From: Vicugna vicugna | Taxonomy: Eukaryota | DNA: 64,000 nucleotides | NCBI GenBank assembly: GCA_013265495.1 | Contig: MU058221.1 | Coordinates: 2,232,001-2,296,000, forward strand | Reading direction: 5' to 3' | Shown here: piece by piece, positions 1-13,349 of the stretch | Layout: each line of letters starts with the position of its first letter | How positions within the stretch are numbered: the first letter of the stretch is position 1 | The notes under the pieces: model-generated | Databases searched by the model: none | The model's input: the letters and a program-made list of their open reading frames with translations, nothing else | Told to the model about the DNA's origin: nothing | Position numbers and translations under genes: made by a program

Positions 1-347
1 AGCAGTAGGAGGCACACCGCAATGAAAAAAGGAAGGTCTGTGTTTGAGGTTCAGGTCTGAAGCTGACTGTAAATTTTGACACATATTTTACTTAATCTGT
101 GAAATGAGAAAGCAAGGCTACGTAAATTCTGAGGTCTGACTTTAAAACTATATCCATCTATACTCAAATCCTTAAAAAGCAGTCTTGAACTATTTTCATT
201 TTGCCTGTTACCAAAAAGGGTTTTAAAAAGAGAATCTTCCTTCTCTGACTTTGGGTGGGTTTGGACGAAGAAGATGAAGATAATCGTGCTCTGACGGCAT
301 GACTTCACAGTCACCGTGTCAGCCACAGCAGAACACCAGTAGCAGGG

Positions 348-383
348 TCGCTGTGCTCGCTGTGCTCGCTGTGCTCGCTGTGC
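348..383. repeat. Perfect 9-bp tandem repeat (TCGCTGTGC)x4
   Basis: Four identical units read directly. Confidence 0.95.
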
Positions 384-434
384 AAGTGGTACATGAGCTT
401 TACCCCTGCAGCTCTGGCCAGCTTCTGCATTGTC

Positions 435-787
435 TGTCGTGGAATGAGTGTTTGTGTGCCCCTAAAACCCTATGCTGACTTCTCATCCCCCCGGCGCGAT
501 GATGTCAGGGGCTGGGGACTTTGGGAGGGGGGACACAGTAGGGTTTGATGAGGTCATGAGGGTGGTGCCCTCGCGAGTAGAGTTGGTGCCCTTGTGGGAG
601 ACGGGAGGGAGCCGCTTCCTGTCTCTGCCACGTGAGGGCATGAGGAGGCAGCTGTCCCGCAGCCCAGGGGAGCGCCCTCCCCAGAACCCAGCCAGGCTGT
701 CCCCCGCATCTCAGACTCCCTGCCTCCAGGACTGAGGAACGAATTTCCTTCGTTTCTAAGCCCCCCTTGTTAAAGCAGCCAAAGATA
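435..787 (+). mobile_element. MaLR solo LTR, MLT1A-like
   Basis: Starts TGTCGTGGAATGAGTGTTTGTGTGCCCCTAAAA, has internal GATGAGGTCATGAGGGTGG and ends GTTAAAGCAGCCAAAGATA, as in MLT1A. Degenerate 5-bp TSD TTGTC/CTGTC. Confidence 0.8.
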
Positions 788-792
788 CTGTC

Positions 793-910
793 TCCACTTT
801 ACAGAGGAGGGAATTGATGGCCAAATACGTTAATTTGATTAGAGTCACAAGACGTGGTACAGGTGGGACCTGAGTCTAAACCTGGGTTTCCTGGAATTCT
901 GAAGCCACTC
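793..910 (-). mobile_element. MIR SINE fragment
   Basis: CCACTTTACAGAGGAGGGAATTGA...AGTCACA...GGGACCTGAGTCTAAACCTGGG resembles the MIR core. Confidence 0.55.
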
Positions 911-2052
911 TTCCTACATCATTTCAGCCTCACTGCACACAGCCCCGAGTTTCTCCAGTAGAGGGGCACGTAGCTCGGGGGCTGGCCGCCACTTCCCTGG
1001 AGAAATCTTGTCCAGCCCCTGCAGCTACGGCTTAGACACCGGCAGACACGACACTGTAGAGGGGAGCACGGGGGACGCTTCCTCGTTCCACCCCAAAAAA
1101 GACGTGGGATGTTTTGGTGGCAGGCGTGGAAGGGTCCAGCCCAGGGGTTTAAGTCCTGTCCTGTATTCTAAACATACTTACCGCTCCTGAAAAGAGAGAG
1201 ATTTAAACTAAATGCCACAACTTTTCACATGAAAAGACGAGTAGAAAATTTGGAATAGTTTTCCTAAGCGGTGCTTTAGGGTGAAGGATAAAAAGCCTCC
1301 CAGATGATCTGGACGAGGTCGTGGGCTGCAGGGATCCTTAACAGGTCCTGAACCGGCGCGTCCTGTGCTCACTGTTCGCCAGAGCCGGGGAGCTGGGTCA
1401 GCGCAGCTCCGTGATGGAAGCTGACCTCCTTCGCAGCCGGTAGTGACAGCTGTGAAAATGACGGTAACCACCGGCACTTTGCTGACGGGCCGCTCGGTGC
1501 CAGCGGCGGTGTGAGGGGCCTTGTGCCTGTTCCTTCTTTTAATTTTGCTTCCAGCCCTACTAGGCAGTCGCCTTACTTCTCGTCTCTGTATGTTCTCAGA
1601 CTTGCCTGTGAACGTGTTCCCCCATTTCAGGGCCCACACACCCCGTTATCCTGCCTCCTGGCAAAGAGAGTCCAACGCTTATTTTCCGAGTCCTGGATCG
1701 AGCTGATCTCATGCTCAGCCCTCTGGGGCCGCCTTGTTCAGTGTCCTGGTGAAATTCGGAACTTCACCTGTCTTTAAATGGAAGAGCCAGTGGTGCATTC
1801 TAGTTATGCAGAAACGTATGCATGAGACTCGTAAGTCTTTCTGAAGTGGCAAATGACCACCTTTTGAAAATTGCTCTTCTAAAATGTGTTTGGTTTTGCT
1901 GATTAGTTTTCAAAGGATGTTGATAAAAGACTGGCCGTGATGAAGAACGCATCTTACGGGGTTCTTTTGCCTTACAGAGGTTTCCTTTTGAGTAGCATAT
2001 TTTTCTTTTTAGGCTTCTTTATTTACAGAATTGTTGAGGTAAAAATTAATGT

Positions 2053-2433
2053 GAGTCACACAGAAAGAGAAAGAAAAATACATATGACAACACTCATATG
2101 TGGAATCTAAAAAAAAAAAGACGAACTGATACATAAAACAGAAACAGACTCACAGACATAGAATACAGACCTGTGGCTGTCAGGGGGGAGGGGGGTGGGA
2201 AGGGATAAACTGGGAGTTTGAGATTTGCAGATACTGACTGGCATGTATAAAATAGATAAACAAGATTATACCGTATAGCACAGGGAAATATATTCAGTAT
2301 CTTGTAGTAGCTTACAGTGGAAAAGAATATGAAAATGAACATATGTATGTTCACGTATGACTGAAGCATGTGCTGTGCACCGGAAATTGGCACAGCATTG
2401 TACACTGACTGTACCTCAGTTAAAAGAATAAAA
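2053..2433 (+). mobile_element. LINE-1 3' end (5'-truncated)
   Basis: CTCATATGTGGAATCTAAAA, AAACAGACTCACAGACATAGA and TATAGCACAGGGAAATATATTCA, followed by an A-rich tail. Flanks AAAATTAATGTG/AAAATAATGTG look like a TSD. Confidence 0.9.
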
Positions 2434-3055
2434 TAATGTGCATCACAGTTCTGTGGACTTTCCAAGGAAGCGCCCAGAAGAGGGCAGACTTGCGTGATGC
2501 AACTGTTCCCCGCGTAATGAAGCCATCTGCGTGCTGACGCTGTGCGCCAGCAATGAGGAGAGATTTAATAATAAATAAAATGGAAGCTTGTTTTCATTTG
2601 GTACAGGATTTCTAATAAGACATCAGATTCAAAAGGTTTACAAGAACAATACACACCAGTCAGCGTATTCTAAATGCAAAGAAAATACTTGTGTGAATCT
2701 CTTTCCTTTCCAACCAAGGCAGCACTAGTTTCCTCAGTATTTACAAAGTTTAAAAAAAAATTTTCCCCCTGTGCTGGCGTCTTTCACCCTCCCCTGCCCC
2801 CTCCCATGTGAATTTCAGTGGGGAATGCTTTGGAGGGCAGAGAAATTATAAGATAAAAACTTGATTTAGAGTTGACAGTATTATTGAATTTACTTTGCTG
2901 CTAAAAGGAGGAATAGTGAAAATCCACCAGCAGTGAACCCACTTCTGGAACGTGCCGTATGGGCTCGGAGTTGTGTACCACCCGTCCCCTTGCCTGCAGC
3001 ACCACCGTCTCCCCATCGCTCTGCCCCCCTGACACCCTCACTCGCCCCTCTGCTG

Positions 3056-3069
3056 GCACCACCTAGTGG
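3056..3069 (-). promoter_or_regulatory. Candidate CTCF site
   Basis: Minus strand CCACTAGGTGGTGC closely matches the CTCF core CCASYAGRKGGCRS. Motif match only. Confidence 0.35.
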
Positions 3070-3145
3070 CTGTCTCAGGAACTCCAAGCATCTCTTTCCC
3101 AGCATCATTCATCTCGTCTCAGGTTTCAACATCCTTAATTAGTTT

Positions 3146-3931
3146 TGTTTAGGGAAACATTATGTGATAAATAGTATGGCATATGTATTTAGTCTTCAAC
3201 CCTGTTTCTGGCAGAGAGCCTCTGAAACCCTTGGAATCTCCTAAGTGGTGTGATCCCACAAGGGTGTCTATTGTGTCAATGAGGTGATTAGGGGACCTCA
3301 CCGAAGGGTGGGAGTGGTTGCCCAGAGGAGGAGCCAGCCACACGTTTGGAGGGTTGGAATTTCCAGTCCCCACCCCCTGGCCTCTGGAGTGGGGCGAGGG
3401 GCTGGAGACTGAGTCTCATCACCAGTGATCAGTGATTCAGTCAGTTGTGCCTTGGAAGGAGGCCTCCACAAACCCCAGAAGGTCAGGGTTTGGGGAGCTT
3501 CTGGGTCGGAGAACCTGTGGAGGTGCTGGGACAGTGGCCCCGCAGAGAGGAAGGGAAGCTCAGTGCCCTTTCTCCATCCTTTGCCTGCGGACCTCTTCCA
3601 TCTGGTTGTTTCTGAGTTAAATCCTTTTAGAAGAAAACTGGTGACCTAGTCAGTAAAATGCTCCTCTGAGTTCTGTGAGCCACCCCAGCAAGTGCTCCGA
3701 CCCCCAGGGAGTGGTGGTCGGAGCCTACAGCCTACAGCCAGTGGGTGAGAAGCACAGGTGACAACCTGGACTTGGAACTGGCGTCTGAAGTGTGTGTGTT
3801 GCGGGGAGAGGGCAGTCTTGTGAGACTGGACCCTAAATTCTGGATTCGATGTTACCTCTGGGTAGGTAATACCACAATTGGATTGAATTACAGGGTACCC
3901 AGATGGTGCCCGGAACATTGTTGGTGTGGGG

Positions 3932-3938
<7 letters not shown>
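3146..3938 (+). mobile_element. LTR, MER21-like
   Basis: TTTCTGGCAGAGAGCCTCTGAAACCCTTGGAATCTCCTAAGTG, TCCTCTGAGTTCTGTGAGCC and GACAACCTGGACTTG...GGGCAGTCTTGTGAGACTG match the MER21 consensus as recalled. Confidence 0.85.
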
Positions 3939-3974
<36 letters not shown>

Positions 3975-4006
3975 ACTCATACACTCATACACACACACAC
4001 ACACAC
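3939..4006. repeat. Interrupted (CA)n microsatellite at the end of MER21
   Basis: Read directly. Confidence 0.95.
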
Positions 4007-4529
4007 TGGAATCATCCCGTAGGAAACGTTTCTTGGGGACCCTGCCATCACCGTTTCCCTCACCTTCCCCGGTCTGGCTTGTTACGTTAGGAAGCCCCAC
4101 AGTGTCTCCAAGGGAAGATGTCTTAGGTTTATACTTCGGGGGCATCAAATAACAAAACCAAAGCAATTTAGTGACCAGTTTGATGTCCTTTATTTAAGGG
4201 GGGACAGTCCATGGATTAGGGGAGAATGGTGCCTCATAAGCAGATTTGGGGCCAGAGTGAGTTCTGAGAGGCTAGAAGAGGCCACTTGGCAGCCGGGCAC
4301 GCTGGCTGGGGGGCCGGGGGTCCCTGAGAAGGTGAGCAGGCCCCGCTTGCTGGGGACGGTGGGCTGGAGGAAGCGGCCTTGGAGGACTGTGGCTGGGCTG
4401 TGTTAGGTGTCCCCCCCAAGCGCAGGCTGACCTCGGTCTGGATTTGGGATGTGGGCCGGGTCACAGGGGCAGCCTCCACTTGTGGAATTAACTTTGTCAG
4501 GGGTCATTGTTTAAAGAAAGAATGCAAAC

Positions 4530-4625
4530 AAGTGCGAAAAGAATACGACACTATGAATAAACATTAGGCTTTGGGGGGGGGTGTGCAGGTAAGGAGCCCT
4601 GAAGCTTAAAACCCATTAGCTTTTT
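4530..4625 (-). mobile_element. hAT DNA transposon fragment, MER53-like
   Basis: Reverse complement AAAGCTAATGGGTTTTAAGCTTCAGGGCTCCTTACCTGCAC resembles MER53 GAAGCTAATGAAGCTTAAGCTTCAGGGCCCCTCACTTGCAC. Confidence 0.6.
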
Positions 4626-4673
4626 CCTCCGTTTTAAAATTTGTTTATTGAAGTATAGTTGATTTACAAAAAA
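4626..4673 (-). mobile_element. Ultra-short L1 3' terminus with TSD
   Basis: TTTATTGAAGTATAGTTGATTTACAA (extreme L1 3' end) between AAAACCCATTAGCTTTT (4608) and AAAATCTATTAGCTTTT (4674). Confidence 0.8.
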
Positions 4674-6055
4674 AAAATCTATTAGCTTTTATTCTCTCTT
4701 TCTTATCCTCACTGCACTCACCTGTTTTCCTTCTACTGTCGCATTAGGAACCCATTTGTTCCTTACATGAGCTAAAAAGTAGCCACTGAAAAGACACCCT
4801 GGTTATTCTGGTTGCTAAGTCTTGGCCTGAAAGAACTCTGGCGTTTGGAGATGGACTTAGATGTGCACCAGACGGTGCTGCCGAATGAGATACAGCGAAC
4901 CACGCCACTGACCCATAGCAGTGTTCCCACGATCTCTCTCTCGCTCTCAGTTAAATCGGACCCCCTCCCCACGAACACACGTGCAGAATGAGGATGAGGG
5001 TTTCTTTTTCGTTCAGTTTGCTGTCGGCTCTGCCTGCTTACCAGCATTATGTAACAGTGTTGGGGTGCACAATTTTCCTTTCAAATACTGCCAGTTCCGC
5101 TATCTCTGTGAGGGCTTTCTGGGCCTGACTGCGAAAACTAAGCACCACGTAGAGCACGGGTGTAAAGGGGGTCCCGGTAAGGAAGGAGCTGAGAACCGGG
5201 ATTGGAGGAGACGAGCTGCTTGTAAGCTCGGCCGTGTGCCTGACCTGGAGGCCATGCGGCCTCTCCCTCCGCGCTCGGTGGGCCGTCCCAGCCTCCGGGC
5301 GCCGGGCTTCACTCCACTGATGTCTTGCCCCATCTGTGCGCACACCCCCCCCCCCGATTGCTTGATATTTCTCTAAAATTCTTCGCTTTAAAAATCATAC
5401 GTAAATCAAAAGGTTAATGGTATATTACAGAGCTTTCAAAAGAGCATCCGTGTCGTTTGTCACCAAGTGCAAGGTAACCACAAAAATAAACCCGGCGGAA
5501 TTAAGTGCTGAGCAGATTCTGAAGTTGGCCTGCGGCCTGCTCGCTCTGTTACAGGAACGGTTAGAAAACGCTGGAGAGGCTGGACGTGGCCGGTCAGAAA
5601 TGAAGCCTTTATCCGAGACCCAGTCAGGAGGCCCCAAGGAGAATTACAAGGGGACCGCGTTTCCCTCTGAGCGACTCCGGGGCGCTTCGTGACCCTCGGG
5701 GCTCTGTGCGAGGCCGCCTGGCGTTCACCTCTGTGCGCGTCCCTCCCGGCTTGTGACGTGCGTTCCGAAAGCCTGTAACTGGATGGAACTGTGCGTCATG
5801 AAGGCGTTGAGCACGCTCCATGTTTCTGCCCTATTTTTAAGTCATATTTTTACTTTTTTTTTTTTAACTTTTTACCTACCTGCCAGGATTATTGTGTTAA
5901 ATAAGATCCACGTACGTGACAATTCATGCCTGGCCTTCAAGAATGGCAGTGCCCTCTGTTCTGTTCCCTCTTGCCAACCAAGGAGGAAGGAGCTGGGAAG
6001 TAAGAGGGGGCGGGAATGCGCGCACTGCCCTCTGTTTCACTGTGCGGAGTCACTG

Positions 6056-6521
6056 TGTTACCCGAGGCCAGTTCATGCGCCCGACACACCGCGAGGCCAA
6101 ACTGAAACGGTGGAGTTTGGAGCAGAAAAAGCTTTATTTCCAGGCAGAGCTAGGAGGACAGGGTGGCTCACGTCCAAGAAAACCCCGAACTCCTTGAAGG
6201 GTTTCAGCAAAGCGTATTTAAAGGCAGGTTGGGGGGGGGGTCGCAGAGCATGTGATCAGCTCGTGCAGTCTCTGGTTGATGTGGAGAGAACAGGGTGGGG
6301 TTCAACACCATCAACCCCCAGGCGCCAGAAGGTCTGGGGGCCACGCGCTCTCCATCATCAAGTAGTTCATTCCTTCCCTTCGGTGGTGGTTTTTGGCATC
6401 TGAAAAACTCAGGGCATATGCATGAGATACTGCGCTCTGGGTGCTTCAGAGAGGAGCTGCCGCAGAGGACACGGGGGAGGGGTCTGAGCCTGGAAGGCCC
6501 CCAGGGTCCTGCTCGGTTACA
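6056..6521 (-). mobile_element. ERV1-type solo LTR (same family as 49456-49938)
   Basis: TG...CA termini (TGTTACC...CGGTTACA), AATAAA on the minus strand near 6133, and collinear homology with 49456-49938. TSD degraded. Confidence 0.85.
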
Positions 6522-8694
6522 GCCGTACCTGTTCACGACCTGTGTGTCGTCTTTTTCACAGCGAATAGTCACTGTGTATGTGTCGTGTATTTCTCTGTGT
6601 ATAAATCTCATCTATTTCACTGTGTATTGTGCTGAACTAACAGGAGCCCTCTGTTTTTATCCATGTGTAATGATATGAATAAAAGTAAACATTTTAGAGC
6701 TGGATTTTAAGAAACTGAATTAGTGTCAACATTACATGATTTTTTTTCTCAGCCCAAGAAAATAGAGTATGCGAAACACAGCAGTATGACGTTCTAAACA
6801 AAATGTTTTCTCGGTGTAACATTTATATATATACATATATCCACAATTTGGAAGATTTTAAAAGATTTCTCTGCATGTGTGTGTTGTGCTTGTATGTGTT
6901 GGAGGAATGTGTAGCTGTCAGATTTTATTATCTGATGTTTTAAAAAAGTGAATCCAAATTTAAGAAAAGCAACAATCTAGTTGATTTATGCACATAAATT
7001 ATAACTAAAATCACAAGTGTAAAATCATAGTATGTACTTTTTGCATAAGGACAAAGCATTTGTTCTTCGAATAAGATGGAGGCAGCCTCAAAGAGCTTGC
7101 TGTAGCTTTAAGTGGCACTTGCCAATTTTTTGCAAGCATTGTCTAGAACACCTTAAGGCACAATGTGTAGTAATGTAGTTACTGCCAGGCTGTTAGATTC
7201 ATTGCCAAAGAGTGTTCAGAATCCAAAGATCAGATAAATTGGATTTTAATTGGGTTTTAAAGCTAAGGTGAGTAAGTAGATAAGGTAGAATGAGTCAGAA
7301 ACATTCTAATGTAATGACACCTTTGGTTCCGCACGGCTCTCGCATTGAAGGCCAGCAGCAGCTCTCACTGACAGGTGATATCATGGAGCGGCCCCAGGGA
7401 CGCTGACGTCGATGGCGGGGTCCCCGTGATCCTGTTGCCTGGAGCAGCGGAAAACCAGAAGTCTGGCCTCAGCCCTTAGTTGTGCTGCGGATTCTGAACA
7501 AGAAATGCAGTCTTATTACTAAGCGGACAAGACTTTTCAGACGTAGAATTTATTATTTTTGGTAGCAATTTTTGAAACAAAAATTGAAGGCCCAGCACCA
7601 AAAGCCGTTTGCGTCTGAGTGTGTTGGGTGCCTGACTGTGGAGAGTCTAGACAGGGGAAATCCTTACAGCCTCTGACTCCAAACCTAGGCTTATGTCCAG
7701 TTAACTTTGGAGGTAAGCTCGGTCACCTTTAGCCCCTCTCTCTGCCCCTCTCCATTTACGTTGGGATAAATAGACTGAAATGATGGTTTTCATAATATGG
7801 TTTTAAAATACAGCGCTGAAATCATTTAAAAATATACCTTCTTAATATTTATAGAGTCTTCTTTTAAACAGTTTGATTACTTTTCCCCTTAAATGTGCTG
7901 TTTGCTTTGGGAGTTTCATTTTTCTTTTGCTTGTTTTTAAGTCTCTTAATTATCTATTTTAGGATTGGTCGTTTGTCAACAAATTCAATTCGAAACTATT
8001 AGAGTGAAAAGTTTAGCAACACGTCCAGGTAGAGGTATAAAGAAGTGAATGATTATATATGAGCCACGATCAGTTACAAAATATAAAGAGAGATCATTTC
8101 CATTTACAGAATTTTAAAGCCATGAGTTTCATACAAACGCACATACATACTGGTTGGTGCAACACATTTCAACAAAGGTAAATGTTGAGCCTCTTTCTCC
8201 TCTTTGAGCTAGAAATTACATCATGTTTTAAGTATTCAGGGGTATGAGCTTGAAGAATCAAGAATCTTTTTTAGTTTTTTTTTTTCAAAATTTCTAATGA
8301 AGGTAATAGCCTTTCTAGACATGTTTTGGAATATTTCTGGAGCCTTCTGACAAGTGTTTTTTTAAAGATAATTGAGAAGTGCTCACTACAAATGTAAAAG
8401 CACAGATAAGTTCCCCTTTGATCCTTTGGAACTAACTTGCTTCGGAATTGTCATTTATCACGGCTGTAATCCATCACGCCATCCCCACTCCTTCTGTCAG
8501 GTTCTTCCTTAGCCTGGCAGCCTGAAAAAGGGTGGCAGTCAGCCAGCCACCTCTGGAGTGATGGCAGGCAGCAGAGGTGAAGCTTGCCGTGAGAACCCTG
8601 AGCCAGTCAGGGCACCAGCATCCGTGGTGCATGTGGAACTGTCAGGGTTCGCCATGTCTCCAGCATCCTGCTCCCTTCCTCTGAGACACTTCTG

Positions 8695-9240
8695 TGTAGG
8701 GGAGCAAAATTTGCCACCCCCAGAATGTCTCTTTGGCAACGCAGATTATTTGAGCTGAAAACAGTCACTGCCCAAAAGACTCAGGAAACTTTGTCTTAGC
8801 TACCTAAAAGATTTTAGATAGAAGACCTGTTCCCAGAATAGAGCTCTCACTGAGGTATCAGCAAAGAATATGGGCCGGGTGTGCAGGGAGGAAATGGAGG
8901 CGTAGAGATCAGAGTCCACTCTGTGTGCCGCTGTCTCTGACGACCAGGTAAACGTTTGTTTATCGGATATTTGCTGTTCCATCCCCCTGTGAATTGCCTT
9001 TCTCCCCCTTTGAAGTCCCAAACCACTACCCGCAACGTCCTTTTTGTTGTTAGTGGAAGATGTATTTAAAGTGAGGGGTTTGGCCGTTTTTGTGAGTTAC
9101 TCAGTCTTCCTCGGTCTCTCCTGTGTGTACATGTGATTAAACTTTGGTTTGATTTGTTCTTATTTATTGTTCCATGTCGGTTTAATTCCTAGCGCAGCCA
9201 AGAACCTAGAAGGGTAGAGGAAAATGTCTTTCCCTCTGAC
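8695..9240 (+). mobile_element. ERV1 LTR, MER34-like
   Basis: TGTAGGGGAGCAAAATTTGCCACCCCCAGAATGTCTCTTTGGC...GATTATTTGAGCTGAA, an ATTAAA signal, and an end near AACCTAGAAGGGTAGAGGAAAA. Confidence 0.8.
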
Positions 9241-12200
9241 TTCCACTCACATGTTTAAGTGTGTTTCATTAGAGCACCTTACCAACTGGGCCAAGGTTCC
9301 AGGGTTAATCCCAGTTTGGCTCAGGGAACGACTCTCTTGGCTGTGCCCCCGTCCCATGCTCCAGTTCTGGAAACAAAGCAAGAAAATCCATCTCTAGTTC
9401 TGAAGAAACATGCGGTGGCCCAGGTCAGGCAAATGTTAGGTGAGTCTCTTGCACTCACTCATTTATTGAGCCCCTACTTTTTGCAGGACATCCAAAGATC
9501 GGTCCCCAAGCTGCTTGCAGTCTATTAGAGGAGAGAAGAGCTATTTGATAAAACCCTGCTATTGGAGAAGTGAAGATAAGGCACTTATATATTTGACAGA
9601 AGAGAAAAATAATTTCCAACCTAGGGGGTTCTCTCCACATTGCCAGTGTCCAACACACACATCTCTGTGTGCAAGAATATCTCACTCCGTGTATATGGTA
9701 ACTCTTACTAATCTTAGCAGCATGATAAATATTCATTGTATCTGAGGCCCTGGCCCCAAATCAACACCCTGTTATTTTCCTACAAAACGTGTAGGCTGAT
9801 AAGAAACTCACACCTACGCAGTAGTTGATGGACAGTGTACAGAGAAGGCTTATTAACTTGAGGTGACACAGTGGTGCTTCATGCAAAGGGTTTACTTCTT
9901 TATTTATGAGCCACTAAGCCGGACAGATAAGCCTGAACTAGTCTCATCTCATCTCTGCAACTCTGATCTTCAGGCAAATTACGTAGCAAAGAAAGTAAGA
10001 CCGTTAAGTGACAAAATTTAAAGGAATCTTTTATTTGAGCTGATCCCCCAAACAGGTATGCTTGAAAGCCTTGAAACTCAGGGATGTGTACACTTTGCAA
10101 AGAGTGGAAACATCCGTTACGGCTGCACAAAGATCTTAATATGCAGACTTTCAATCTTGTTAATGTTACCATCCGACTGGCAATGTAATGTTTAATTTTT
10201 TTTTCCTCTCCAGTAGCAATGAGGGTTTTCAATGGTCCAATCCCCAACCTTTGACAGAGTTCCCATTGTAACCTTTGTGTGGGGTTCCAGGTACTTTTGG
10301 CGGGGAGGGGAGTCTTTATTGGTGAATAGATTACAGTGAAATAAATAGAGTGATGGTTTTTAGGCGGATAAAAATGCGGAATCTCAGTCTCTCTCACCCG
10401 CCTCTAGCTCTCAGCTTCTGCCTTCTTACTGGCCACTTGGGATGATGAGGACCTGATGGGAACACCAGGCCTTCTCAGGCCCTTGGGGGCCTCTGCCTTC
10501 CTGGCCAGTGGTGCCAACTCCATCTTTGACCCATTACCTTTGGGAGGAGCAGGGGCTCCTCAGCCCCCTTGTTCCCCATTCCCAGGGACTAAGAAGAATT
10601 GAAACAGAGTCACGCTCGGTGCTGCGTATAAATGTGCAGGTCACGTGCGCCTTGAGTGGATTTTAACTATCTCCACGATATTCACACGGCGACTTGGAAC
10701 CTTCTCGCTGTCACCTGCCTATTTAAGCATCCTCTGTGCCGCCCGCTCCGGTCCTGACCTCTCACCATGACCTTAGCCTCTTCTGCCGTTTGTTCAGAAT
10801 CTCGGTTTCCCTGCTCGACGCTCAGAACTCTCCCATTCAGTGAGGAGATAAACAACTGGGTGTTAATTTGGCCTGTTAGTGGGTAGTCCTCTTAAGCTAC
10901 ACACTTGCATTTTAAAAAGGGTTTGGAAGCGCTGTATCCCAAAGCGGGGATCTGTATAGGAAGACTCTGAGAAGCCACAGCGAGCCCTCACGAGGGACGT
11001 GCGTTTTGGGCCGGCAGCCTTGAGCGTCTGTGTCCGTAGCCAGCCGGGTAGCTGCCGGGTGCGCTCTGCAAGGGTCCAGCAGACCTCCGCATTGTCCTCC
11101 GGCTTGACGCTTAGACCCGTGCCTGTTTTGTGCGTGTGTGTGCAACGGCATTCAAAAATTAACGTCGATTCGGTTAGTCTGTTTCTCAGCAACAGCTTCC
11201 GTTTCCCCGGGGGCTTGTGTCTGCAAGTTGGCCTTCCAGCGCGGCCGTCCACTCCGTTACCTCAGTCGCCCTGGTTTCGTCACCACCAGCCCAGAATAGG
11301 CTGCATCGTCCCTGCATCTGGCGCTCTCCGCGTTTCCTGTTTGGCTCTGGCTTGGCAGAATCGTCCAGCGCGACAGCAGTCATGACTCTGGATGGTGGAC
11401 TGCACTCTGAGGCCTGTCCCGAGACACCTGACTGCTGCTTTATAGCAAGTGCCGCATAAATCTCACGGACGGCACTGATCCACAGGAAGCAGGACTCGCG
11501 CGGAGTGGGAGTGGGAGTGGGTGTACGGGCGGCAAGTGCTGGATGGTGTCTGGTTTTAAACCACCTTTACGTAGTACAAGGAGGGGAAAGTACTTTCTAA
11601 AAAGACCTACAGAGGTTCTTAGAAGATCCTACAGTCCAACCTCTCATGTTGCAATTAATAGGAACAGTTCATGACGACAACCTTAGCATCCCTACTTAGC
11701 GCTTGTGTTCCCGGCGTGAGTTCTTTGTACCAATGATCTCATGTCTTCGTCACCTCAGCGAAGGGAGGAGGGGCCGTTACTGTGGAATCCCGCGTGGGCG
11801 GACGCTGAGCAGGAGAGGTGGCCCTTGCCCTGCCCCGTGTCCCGGGGCGGCAGGTGCCAGGATCCAGACCCAGGAAGACTGGCTCCAGATTCTGACAGCC
11901 CAGGCGACCTAGACCCAGAAAGGCGGCGCTTTGCCCAGAGGCCACACGTCTGTCTGGTCCGGGGCCGCCTTGCTCCAAGTCATCAGGCCCAGGGACTCCA
12001 AGTCAAGGGCACGGCCGTCCAGCAAGCCCCGGTGGAATTGCAGAGTTCGTTTGGTGAAGGGGCAGTTCTCAGTTTTCACAGAGGAAAGCAAAGGGACAGC
12101 ATGAATGTAGAGGGTATCACTGAAAGGAGCAGAAACACAGTGAGCCCTGAATCCTAAAATGGACGGATTCTGCCAGGCCAGGCACCCTGCTGGTGGGAAC

Positions 12201-13349
12201 GGAAGGCCAGGCGAGGGGTCCTGGCAGCAGTGCACCTGATCGCGGCTGCCGCTGCCTGTTCCCACGCGTGGAGTCCCCAGCCCCGGGACTGCTGTTCAGG
12301 TTATTGTCCCTAGGAAGTGGTGGGGTCAGGATTAATCAGGATTAATCTCTCTGCCGGGCTGCGATTCCTGCCTGTGTTCACATTCTGTCCTTGCGTGGAG
12401 GAAACTCATGAAATGCAGTGTGGACGTGAAAAAAACTTCATGCGCTGAAAACAGGAAGTTCTCTTTATGGACCTAAGGCCTCACTGAAGCTTAGCTTTGG
12501 GGAAGTTGTTCAGAACACAGAGCTCATGCAACAGCTTTTTAGAGGAGGAATTTAAAAAAAAAAAAAAAGAGGATTCTCCAGCAAAATCACCCCAGAAGAC
12601 AAGCATCTGTCAGGGACTGCAGGCACAAATGACAGTGGCTTCAAATGGTTAGGTGTTTACCTGTATTTCATGTAAAAAAGATGTCCAGCCATGGGCATGC
12701 TATTGGTGACTCTGTGATGTCAGTGGTGTCCCAGGCTCCTCCCGTCTCTCAGCTCTGACTTTTTTGCTCCGACTTCCGTGTTCTAGATGGTCTCATAGAC
12801 CAGCTTCAGCCGTCTCAGCCCCATTCCAGGCAGGAAAGGCGAGAGAGTGCCAGCCAGCTCCGGCCCCGCCCTGCAGTTTGCCCACAGCACCGCGAGGTGC
12901 TTTTGCCACACATCGGCCGTTTCTTTCTGTAAAGAAAGCTGAAAATAACAGAGAGGTGTAATTTTTGAGCTGGGCACCTGCCTCCTGCAAACAATTTAGG
13001 GGCTTTATAGATGAAGAAGGGCCTGGAATGGATGTTGGTTCTGCCACAAGGCACGTGGAGCTTCTAAAAAAGGTGTCCAAAAATTAAAATAACTAAAAAT
13101 GGATAATTCTGGCATAACTACTATATAATATGCTTAAGATAGGTGATAACATACATTATAATACAATACACAGCTTATGTTAATTCTGATGTAAAATCCT
13201 TGATGATTAGAGATTTTTGAGAATCGATTCACCGATTAACTAATAATATATCAATTTTCTTTCCATACATCTGTTTCTAAATTAGAATGCTGTCGCCTGA
13301 AATGGCTTAAAACAGTGGGAACAACTCATAGGGATGTCAACATTCTCCC

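Noticed and set aside
348..383. CRISPR-like array
   Set aside because: Contiguous 9-bp tandem units with no spacers, in mammalian DNA.
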